A stretch of 64,000 bases of DNA, taken from the NCBI RefSeq assembly GCF_964204645.1, contig NC_134027.1:10386485-10450484 (forward strand), read 5' to 3'. The DNA is from Tubulanus polymorphus. Lineage: Eukaryota; Animalia; Nemertea. Positions 11,116 through 23,100 of this stretch are shown here, one piece after another. A program made the position numbers and the translations under genes. Positions within the stretch are counted from its first letter, which is position 1. Every line of letters begins with the position of its first letter. The notes beneath the pieces were generated by a model. It searched no databases. It was not told the DNA's origin and worked only from the letters and a program-made list of their open reading frames with translations.

Positions 11116-14100
11116 TTATTGGCTTCCATCAGCTGCATCCGCATTTTCCGCATGCTCAGCGACTCCTTCCTCATTCTGAATAACGGGCAACAATTCCTCG
11201 GCACCAATTCCGCTATGACTGCTGACTTTTCCTTCAGAATGCACACTGCCGACATCGTCAACATTGGTGTTCTCTGCATTATCTTCAAAAGGAAAAGGGG
11301 GTTTGAGGTCTCTATTTCTGAACTGCTGCGAGAGGGGCCAAAGAAAAACCATCAACCACGACAGGGGCGGATCCAGGGGGACTTGTACAAGTCCATTAAA
11401 TATTTTGAATGCCCTTTTTTCAACAAAGATAATTGGTGCATTTCAATGCAGGAATACACATAACATTGCCTTTTTGGACATTAGTGCCCTTTTGGGATGT
11501 GACAAGTCCTTCAAAATTGGCCTCTGGATCCGCCCCAACAGGATCCAGTCATAGAGATGAGTTAAGATTATAATCAAGAGTAAACTAATTTCGTCAAGAA
11601 CTGAGTTAAGTTTTGAAACTCATAACGACTCTGCTGGATTGATTGACTTTCGCTTAAATCCAAAGGCAATTCTCATATGATTCGATATAATCTTTGTCTG
11701 AATGACCAAATCCAGAACTCTTCAGTATTATTTAAGAAATTTTTCTACCTTCTTCCGCAGTTGCGCTATTCACTGGTGGTAAATGATCATCTGATGTCGG
11801 CTGTTCTTCATCCTGTAAATAAAGCATTAGTATAATTTCAGCCTTGCTTCTCGAGGTGTGCTTTGTTTGAAGCTCTCGTATTGATTGAAATGTGTAATTG
11901 AGTCCAAAAGAAGTCGTGCAAATTAATCATATAATCATTTTATTCCAATGTTCTTTAGGTGAAAGATAGAAAACTGCATAAATAAAAATGTGCTCTCGCT
12001 AAATGCTATGAAATTTGATTTATGTGTATTTTCTTAATCGATCAGTCAAGTGCGCTCAGTACACAAAATCAATACAAAAAAATAGCTTACCCATAAATCT
12101 GTTAATGGTGGAATAATCAAAATGAGTTAATATTAAGTTCAATCTTCAGAGTAGATTTTTTATGTTAATCAGTTTTTCAAAAGTTTATACACAAAAACCC
12201 CTTGATTAATATATAAAATAATTAACCGGTAGGTACTGAGTGAAGGGTTAAAAATGAAAAAATTAATATCAAAATACATATTCAAATCCATGAATAAGAA
12301 GCGCCTTGCCAATAAATTCAAGTGTTATGAGAAAATATTGCGAGACAAATAAGCTTCACCGACACCACAATTAAAGCGTAACAAATTGCTTTTGCGTTGA
12401 ATGAAAATAAAAGGGAACGATCAAAAGGATTTTACCTCCGCTTTTTTATCAACTGAAGTCTCTATCGTCTTATTAACAAATGATTGTTTCGCCGACCGAC
12501 TACAAAATTAATAGGAACCGGATTAGACTGTACACACAAAAAGCGTCCAATTTGAAATGTTGGCCCATGATTTGAGCTAACGCATGTTTCTATTTGGACT
12601 TTTTAATTATGAAGGTTTAAATGCAAACATCTAAACGACTGACTGTCCAGTGCTCACTGGTTTACAGTGCAGGGTTCATAGTATCCCTGACCAATCTCAT
12701 TGAATGACTTTGAAGGACTTTCTCAACTCCGATTTCAGGACATATAATTATATAATCATTATCTTCATTTTCCAGGCATTCTTAAAATCGGTAAATTTCA
12801 AGAGCTGTAACAGTGAACTTGAATCTTAAGATATGCAGATGATTACTTATGACTGATGCCATTCAAGGACCACGACAACGATTTAAGAATTTAAGGACCC
12901 AATCCATGATACTCAAGGCCTTGAATTAATCCATACCCATTTCAAATTTTCTGAGGACCATCAAGGACTGCTATGAAACCCGAGACGGTGGAACTCACCT
13001 GGATTTGATTTGTTTTCTCGATTTTGCCGTTTCCCGAAGTTGATTCAAATCATCTTCCTCGACCATGTATTTTGGATGTAGATTGCAAGCAGCTCCGTTC
13101 ATATGGTAGACCTGGTCGATTCTGTAGTTTTTGATCTGCAATACAATTATGATCCTGATATTTAGACAAAACGGCCTTTAGAACCTTGATTGTTGTTCAA
13201 TGGAAATCAATTCCTTCATAAAAACTGTATGGTCTCCTTCCCATCAAAATCATTGAAAGTCTGGAATCAATAATTCCCTTTCCCTTGAAAATATGACGTA
13301 TTTGTTGGTGAAAAGAAGGTTTTTTGCGAGCAGTGAATTTGGTAAATTACCACGTTCTTAGATTTTGTCTGAATCTATTTGCTATCAAATCATTTTGAAA
13401 CATTAATGGGAAATCACTAAAGAACGCGATGATTGGTAACGCCACGAGAGTTAAGGTTTATTTTTGATTTTCAAAGAACTGAACAGTAACCTCAGTAGTC
13501 CGTTTCAAAATGCGACTCTTCTCTCTCGCTTGTTGTTCCGTAATCCATCGAATCGACTGCTCGCTCGGCGTCGCGCCTCGACTGCTGGTCGACCGTCGAC
13601 TTTCGGCCGACTTCAGCGATGACGCCGTTCTCAAAGGAACGCTACCGGTGCTTGCCTGGAAAGAGCGATGAGGACAAAACTCGTTCAAAATCTCGGGACA
13701 AACTATTCAACCGGTTTCCAAATTACATCAACATACTCATGTTTTACATTTATATGATCTAGGGGAAATTTGTTATGATCATGTCATTGAGGACCGCTAA
13801 TTCTACTTGATTTCAACGAATATTAAAAGGAGAATGCTTTCCCACTGAAATTTCCAATTATAGTGGAACCTCGTTATAATGGAGTCGGGCACAACGATTC
13901 ATCGGATATAAACAAATATAGAATTTTGTCCCAATTAAGACGATTTAACTAATTTCATACTAGATACAACGAACCATCGGTTATATAACATATCTTCTGG
14001 TGAAGTTCGCTGTTATGAGTTTCCACTGTATGTACATCGATTTAAACAAAGAAATCCGTAAATTCGGCCGCCAATCGCACTATCTGGGTCAACCGAATCA

Positions 14101-17100
14101 AAAAAAATCAGACCAAATCTACCAACCAAACAAAATAACAAGATCAACCCCTATTTTAAGATAAAAAGGGAGAATACTATGAAATACTATTCACAGAGTT
14201 TTTATTGGTGAGGCCAGGATAAAGAGAAGTACTAAGAATGACTTTTTCGGCAATTTTAGACCCAAAAAGAAGGACTTTTTGACTGAGAAAGAAGTAATTT
14301 CCAATAAAATGAGGACCCATAAGGAAGCATTTGAGCAATGCCTTCACCAAGAAGTTTTTACATCCAAACAAACTGTCGAATTCACAACAACATTGCGACC
14401 AAAAACAACACATAAAAATGATATTTGGAAAAACAAAAGGAAGGATATAGAATCAAAAAGAAGGACATAGATGTCCAGACTATTTCCTAGAGGATAAAGA
14501 AGGACTTGGGTGGGCTGCTGGAAATCCTGTATTCACTCGTCGAATCATTTCTCGACCAATAACTGCACATGGGTCTTCCATTTAAATGCAAACTATATGA
14601 GAGAAACAATAGTCCATTAGAACGTACTAGCTAGTTGAATAGATATCGATTCCCTTTGATCACGAATTTATAGAACACATTGAAACTTGAGCAGTTGGTG
14701 CCTGATGTTCATAATGAAACGAAACAATGAAGTCTTCATTACGTGTGGTCAGTAATGCATTTTATATTAAATGCATGCATGAGACTGTAATCAGCATTAA
14801 TGACAATTCGAAAGTGGAGGGCATTAATTAGAGTTTATGCTTCAATTTATTTTGTGTTGTACATACAGCTTGCGAGACTAGGTAACAAAATTTCATAGTT
14901 ACCCCGCGATTGAATTTTTATGATCAGGGTTGATACATTTTAGGCAAATTCGGTATGAAGAATGATTTGCCCATCAAATGATCGCTTGCCAAATTCATTT
15001 GGTAGGGCTGCCAACCTCGAAAAAGTGAATTTTTTCAGTAAAATTTCTTTGAAAAAAATGTTCCAATGAATCAGTAATCAACAGTAAGACCCTTAGTAAC
15101 ATCTTTCATATTTTTGCATTCGAGTGAATCTAACAAATCAAATCAGCATTCCTTGTTATAAAAGAGTAACAAATACTGACAGTCAGGACAGTTGGCCGCT
15201 CTGATTTCGTAGAGGCGACAAACTGAATGAATTTATCAATTGGCTTTCTTATTAAAAATGGACAGATCTTAAATATAACTTAGTTTCAGGGGTACCCGAA
15301 TAAGTCATTTCAGAACGGATTACTTTTCATTTTCCAGACCCAAATTATTTGATTTTTTGAAGGGCACAATATTTGGTCCGGTCTAAATTTGGACCGGACC
15401 AGGTACGGACCCATTTAGACCGGTCTAACTAGTTGTCGTGTGAACGCGGCTAAGGAGTCGTGTTCCGGGTGCTTATAGTTCTACAATATAACCTTGGAGT
15501 TATCTCTGATTACTCAAAGATATAACTTAAAGTTAAACGTAATGGAAAAATCTGAAGAAATCATATGGCACAATCGAATAGTGCCAGATTAGGTCTCATG
15601 ATGCGCTAAAACCGAAAAACCAAATAACAAAGTTCGTAACTAACATACCTTTTAAAAAGATTTAAATCTATATACGCTGTATTTATATTAAACAGGTTTT
15701 AACTACTTCACAAGTATGAGCAAATATAAATATCAAGATTTCGGCTTTGATTTATTGTCCTGTCACGTTGTCAAAATCTGAAAACCTTTTATCTAACAAA
15801 ATCTTTTATCTAGGAATTAGCTCTTAGTTCATATAATAAGACTATTAGTATCAATCGGCAGGAACTCGCATTTTATTAGACAGCACACTTAACCCTTTCA
15901 GTGCTGACTAATTAATACCCTATAGTGCTAGAGATAATTTGAAAATTTAAAAAAATTCCACCCTAGCTGGTTGAATAACAGGAATACCACTATAGTGCGT
16001 CTACACCGCGGCGCGGTGTATCGATAGCTACTAGTATTTCACTATGTTTGACAGGTGCTGCCATTTTTCAAGAGAGATAATTACTAATTACTCTTGAAAA
16101 ATGGCAGCACCTGCAAAAATGGCAGTAATTACATCAATACACTGCAGTGCGGCGTACTAGCAAAATCTATCACTGATTTATACACAGTGTAGATGCGCTG
16201 AAAGGGTTAAGTACCGGTAGCTGGATTAAGAAATTCACAGATTCTTTTAAAATTGTATGTTTTGTCTCTTGAAGTTAATGGACTTTCAATATCTGGTGAA
16301 AAAGAGACTAATAATACTTCAACAGGATTTTTCAGTTCTTTATTCTGCCTAATATCATTCTGCCTCACTGCATAATGAAAATCATGTTTTAGACTGCCAC
16401 AAATATGTAAACTAGGTGATTCTCTTTGTGGAAAAATGGATTTATACATTTTGAGAACGCTCCATAATGTCCTATTGCTATACATGTACATGCATATAAA
16501 TTATATCTATGTCATATAGACTTTTGATTTTTAGACTTGCTGACAGCTGTCTAATAACACACTGACGTGTGCTATAAGTACACAGATCTTTGTTCCTAAT
16601 GAGAATTCCGAAATAAGAATAACTAAAAATAAAATGTTCAGGTTGGTGGTAATGACCCCCATATTTAGAAATTAACCATACGATTTTCTTGCGAAGTTTA
16701 TGAGTTTCTAATTCTGTTTTCACATAATAGGTTGTAAATTTGATAGAAAATATTGCATGCCAGAAGATTAACCTGGTCGAAATAATAATATAAGTATACA
16801 CGGCCATCGCTTGATATCTCCTGTAGCGTTAACTGTTCGGAACATAATAACAAGTCATATAGGCCTATAATTATTTAGGGAGATTATATTAAATAGACAG
16901 AAATTAGCACTTTAAACGGCATGGAACGTGAAAAATCACGACTTTCAGTAGTCATTCTTGAAATTCTACGAGACCTTTAGATTTCATAATGAAATCACGA
17001 CTTTCAGCGGTCATTCTTGAAATTCTACGAGACCTTTAGATTTCATAATGATTCACGGAGTTAGGGAACGGTAGAATTGTTTGAAAACGCGGAATAGGCA

Positions 17101-20100
17101 AATGAAGATGAAAACTAAATACATTAGACAAAAGTGATAGAGAACTATATAACTTGTCTTTTTTCCGAATGTTTTAATCTGAACTCCCCCTATCAGCATG
17201 TCTATTAGCCTGAAAATACTTCAAATGAGCTAAAAATCGTTGAACTTGTTCAAAATTTCTTCAATTTTTCCATGGATATAGAATGCGCCCTGCAGTTATA
17301 TTCTTCTGAAGTAAAAATGATTTGCAATGTCTGATGAAAAAGGGACTAATAATTAGGTACTCATTCATGACTGTCATTAAAAATTAGTTTTCAAGCTATA
17401 GATTTAATTATCCCTTATTAAGGCTGAACTACCCGTGAAAATGTTTCGAAAAACGATATCTAACCCGAATAAAAACAAAAGGTTTATCATATATCACGCG
17501 GAACAAAATGTGTGATTTATGCAAGGATTATAGAATTCACAGTCACACTTCGAGCTTCTAATAATGCGACGTGTTTATTATGACAACAATCCATTGTCGA
17601 TAAGCTTTAGAAATATCTGCATCGCCTGCAAAGTCTCCATAGCGATGCATCGACTGCTGGATGACGAAAACGCGGTTCGTAATCCATGACCAACACACCG
17701 GGTGCCGAAGAACGTTTAATCGTCGATATTCATAACAGTTAATACATCAGTTATTAGGTATTACCCGCCATAATATATTTACCTATGTGATCAAACTTGC
17801 TTAATCTAGTTGAATCAACAATTTAGAACATAGAACATGTCAGCAGCTTCGATTTTGTAATTGATTGTGATAACAAAATATGCCTCGTTACCAATTTAAT
17901 ATGGAAATACTAAGTTATTCTTCTATTTAACGCCCCCTGGTGACAATATTCAAAACCCAATGACCTCGAAACTTACCACATTCATAGAACATGTCATGAA
18001 CTACAACTTTGCAATTGATCATGGTAACAAAATATGCCTAGGTACCAATATAATAAGGAAATATTAAGTTATTCCACTATACAACGCCCCCTGGTGACCA
18101 TAGAGAATAACCAATGTCCTTAAAACTCGCAACAATCATAGATGATGTCATGAGCTACAACTTTCCAATTGATTGTGGTTACAAAATATGCATAGGTACG
18201 AATATAATATAGAAATGCTAAGATATTGCATTATTCAACGCCCCCTGGTGGCCATATTCAAAATCCAATGACCTTGAAACTCACCACAATCATAGAACAT
18301 GTAACAACTTTCTAAATGATTGTGGTAACAAAATATGCTTAGGTATCAATATAATGTGGAAAAACTTTTTCCCACTTACGAATGAGTACTGGTGACACCA
18401 AGATGGCCGCCAATTGCGTCATAATTGGCTGATGAAAAATACCTGTCTCAGGTATAAAACATCCCTTTCCAAAGAATACCCATCACAAAATGCAATAAGA
18501 AATGGTAAACCAGTAGGAAGCTACAGGACTCAGAATTCGGGCCAAAATTAACATTTTTGGGCACTAAAAAGGTCACAGGACGGCCATCTTGAGTCCGATC
18601 ATCCCAATTTTTGTTATGCTGATGGGCCATGGGGGGATTCACATATATCCGAAAGATCAAGGTAATTGATCGAAGCGTCTTCAAAATTTCCCTCAATAAG
18701 TTCAAAAATGTGTAAAAAGTGCTGATTTTGGCGAACAACAATGGCTGCCAGTCGGCCATCTTGAATCTGATAGGGCCAGTTTTTGGGCTAAAGATGTGTC
18801 TAGGGTAGATACATGCGTAACCCAAATATCAAGACATTACCTTGAAGCGTCTTCAAAACTTCCCAAAATCAGGGATGAGAACGCCGACCTGTAAAATCCG
18901 CGGGTTATTTTTCTTGAGTGACATACGCGAACCAGCTGACGGCGTAGCTGTCAGCACTAGCGAGCGCCGAAGGCGCGAAGCTATTTCAGGGGGTTAGGGG
19001 GCCCTCCCCCAAGAAAATTTTAGAAATCAAATACGTTTTCCGAGCACTCAGAGCGATCTCGAACCCATGAACGACTATTATATTTTGGAAGGTAATGGCT
19101 AGTTCCAATGTGGTACATCCTCATTTGATGACATTCAGCATCTCATGCATTACGGGTCGAGCCCTGAATTATTGCAGTAAAAATGCGCCGATGAATGCTC
19201 ACTAAAAATCATCACCAAGTAGTAGTGTATGATATCCGAAGACGTTCGCCTCACACACGCAGCAACAGTAAGTAGACCTATATACGTTACTACTGTTGCT
19301 GTGCGTGCGTGTCTGCAACCGATCGATAAAATACATACACACTCATCGTAGTACAAATGTACATACAAAATCGCTGTGTTGCAATGAATATGCATTGAAA
19401 TGCGATACTTTTCCGTGACGATAAGTAAAACAGGCACTGAACGCTTTTACGGTTCACCTGATTACCGATCGCGCCGGACCAATTGAGTGAGATCATCACC
19501 CCCCCCATACTTTTACATCATTTTTGGACTATTTGGAAAATTGATATTTTTCAATACTGAAATCCGCGGATCCGCGGGGAATTCTCATATCTGCAAAATA
19601 ACTGGATTCCGGCTACGGACGGACGGACGGACGAAAAGTGAACGCAATAGCCCGCTGGGACTAAAGTCCCAAGTGGGCTAAAAATCGTTTTGTTTATTAG
19701 AATAGGTTGATACGCTAACTCACCAAGTATCTTTCAGAACATATGGACACTGGTCGCGTGATTGTTTTGGCAGATGGGTTTCGTGGACTGACATTTGGCA
19801 ATGGCACTTGTTTGAAGCGACTGGTTGAGCTGCAAAAAAAACCTCAAACATGTTAAATCTACTCTTTCAGAAATACAATTAGGCCTAATTAACACAAATT
19901 TTGCGGATTGCTCCTTTTAGAACACAAGTAATATCAAACTTAGGTTCATCTGACACATACACTGCCATGGGTAGAAGGTTTTTTATTGCCTTCCAGACTT
20001 AGGGTTGAGGAAATTACAAATTTAGGCAGCAGTTTCTGAAGTTTTTTTCTGGAATTTGAGGAAAAAGTGCATTTAGCATGGAGTGTTGTTGGTCTGATAT

Positions 20101-23100
20101 GTAAAAGTAGAATTATGAACCCAGTTCCATAATTCTTGAATTATATTTTACTTATGACTTAAAAACACTGGGAATGAACTAATCTTAACTGTAACCAAAC
20201 TCAAGTACCGGTAACCAACATGTGGAAATGGATGCCGAATACAGCTATGTCGGTACATGTACTAGGAAGAAAAACTTACCAAAACGAATAAGAAGAATGA
20301 GGTGTTTGAAAATTTCTGTCATCAACTTGAGCAGAAATCTACAAAAGTAAAAAGACAAACATCAAGGCCTTTGATCTTCGCCAAAATAAACAAACTTAAA
20401 CCTACTACCGGTAAATGAAAATCATTTTCACATACCCGGTAGTAGGCTAAGGTTTTTTTTTCATTCTAGCAATGATAGCTTCAATCAATAGGTAAAACTA
20501 AATATGCTTTAAAACACTTTATCCCTGTTTGAGGTCATGAATACTAAAAGATTCTATAGATTTTGTTCTCAGCACGATAAAAAACGTACTGGTTATCACC
20601 TTGTGTACAACTAAAATGACTTCAATGGCCCAGGAAACCACTTCATATCAAAGGAGTTCAAAGCAGTTTATGTAATGTATCAATAGGCAGTGTTACTGTT
20701 TTTTGTCCTACTGGTATGCACAGAATGTATACACTGTATATGCAACTTAACTTCATTGAAAAAATGAATACAAGTTTTTTCTTCATGTAACATGATTCTT
20801 CCCCGTGTCAACCCTGAAAATCTCATTTCCATAGAAATGTTATTGTTCATGCATATATCAAAGAAAACCTAAAATCAAAAGAAACTTTAAGGCTATCTTG
20901 ACATTTCACCTCAAATTATAAATGAGCCATTTATCTGTTGATTCGTACGTTTCTTTCAATTGTGGGCTCTTCTTTAATACATAGAATAGTCTCTACTCAC
21001 TGGCATGATGAAGTCCGTTATGAATTCTTGTCGCTTATTTTGATTTTGATTTTTTTCGTGTTTTAATGCACTTTTCCAATGAAACGTCGACGGCGCAGTA
21101 CGGCCGTGAAACGAGCTATGCACGATTTTACTATTTGGCAGCCATTGTGATTTTAACGTTATTCCTAACCGACTCGCGTGCTGAATGCCGGAATTGTCTA
21201 AGTTCGGATTCACTATATGCATACGTTTCATAGCACTGTTATTTCCATTGCCTGCGAAATTATCAAAGAAAAGCTATGATACAATCATTTCTTGAAATGG
21301 ATAGTAATTAGGCCTATTGATATGATATATCAATAAGTCCAACAAGATTCAAATAGGCCTAATTTCATTTGTCCAAAATGATCTGGAGAATGTAGAAAGT
21401 TCCTAGTTTCACAAAATAAGTGCATTAGGTATGTGTCGGTATGAAATGACCAGAGCTATTGATTTGGATTGGAAACAATGGCTAGGTACTGGTAGGCCTA
21501 CTAACAAACTACTTCAAAGCCCATGGAATCTTTTCTTCAAGGAGGGGTCAGTCAAAGCTGGTCATTCACTGGTCTCTTTAATCGAGGGTTCACAGGTTCG
21601 AATTCCGGAGATTCTTTTCGCATCTCTCTTCCTTGGGAACCGTGACTCTAAATCCGCTAGTAACAGTACTAAATGTAGTCTAGATTTTCTAGGGATTGCA
21701 AGATTGTCTGGTATTCAGACTATCCTGCCTATTGGTTGAGTGATTTTAAAAGATCCTTTTTCAGTTTCATTTTTTTGATAGTGGAAAGTATATTTACCTG
21801 ATGATACTGTTCCTTTTCTTTCCATTTTCCAAACCATCGTGATATCCTAGGCCAAACAGAAGTGACATATATAGTCTATGGTACTATTTCACCAACAGTC
21901 TCATTGACTCTTTATCAATTTGGTGTGACTGCATATATTTCAAATCAAGTCACTTAGGCCTATCCTATAGGCTACAACAAGACCTCCAGTCTTATCTAGA
22001 ACTGAACTCCTTTTTGGAAAAAATATCCAATTATCATCGAACCATAAGTAGTCTCGGAATGTGGAGTTAGTGAACGATTCAATTGTTTTTGGAAAGCTTT
22101 AATCCGATAGCCTTTAAATGAAATATCTGTTCATGCAGTCAATCGAAGGCACACACTCCTCAACGACAACAAGACTCAATCAAAACTTAAGTCTGTTCAC
22201 TGGCGTTGATGTAACGGCTGTGGTTATTCCTTGTTGTTGATGTAACTGGTAAATGTTGCGTGGTAGTCTTCTGAATGAATCAGGCATATAATCATCAGTA
22301 ATACATTCTGCTCGAGGTAAAAGGTTTTTAATAGTTAAAAGCCAATGGCGAAACTAAACTACACAGTTTTCCTGATTTTCAACGGGTGTACTTGTCGTGC
22401 GTCTCCTCAGTAGTGAGCTTGAGTTGCAACACTTTTTTCGAGTTCGACTTCTCTCGTTCTAACTCCTTTTAAGCTAAATCTACGGCCTGGTTCAATTTGT
22501 CACACCGTATCTACCAATATTTCACATTCTTAACGGTGTTTGTCATATCATCGACACTCTCTGCCTGTCTATTGTCTCCCGGAACGGTTGTTATTGACGC
22601 GATTTTCGCCCACGTTCAAACACTTTTTACACCGCTGTCGCCATTATTGATCGAAGATAGTTGTAGTAACAATATAGTCTCGTCATCGATTCAACAATTA
22701 CTTCGCTTCGTTTGTAATTTTGAAAATTGATCGTTTATATTACGTCAAAACATATTCATCAAAGAAAAAAATACTTAGGCTAAAGAAGATATTTATGTAA
22801 TGGGAATAAGAAGTAATGTAATGTAAATATGAGAGATTATATCATAGGTATGCCAGTGCCCGCTATCGATGGTTATTGGTGGCAGCACCTCACGAAGGCG
22901 GCACGCCGCACGACAAGTGCGTAGCAAGAAAAGAAAGAAATACGCAAATGATTATCATGATATGAGAAAGCCTATTTTATTTTATTTTCTAGATATTTGT
23001 ATATCGACTAACACCCGCGAAACATTTAGAATGTAAATATACAATACAATCAACAATGAAAGGTTCTTTTGTATTTTGGAAAATATTATTCATTTTATCT

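Noticed and set aside
16207-16807. Two minus-strand ORFs (94 and 109 aa) in the orphan gene intron
   Set aside because: No recognisable motifs and no splice sites that fit the exon phases of the model.
17790-18360. Regular repeat array as a possible CRISPR
   Set aside because: Units are whole 154-bp tandem copies with no unique spacers, inside a eukaryotic HINE element; no cas genes.
21798-21847. Alternative small exon (DITMVWKMERKGTVSS, phase-1 donor) for the orphan gene
   Set aside because: Weak acceptor and incompatible phase with the 24177 donor. Possible as an alternative start but unsupported.
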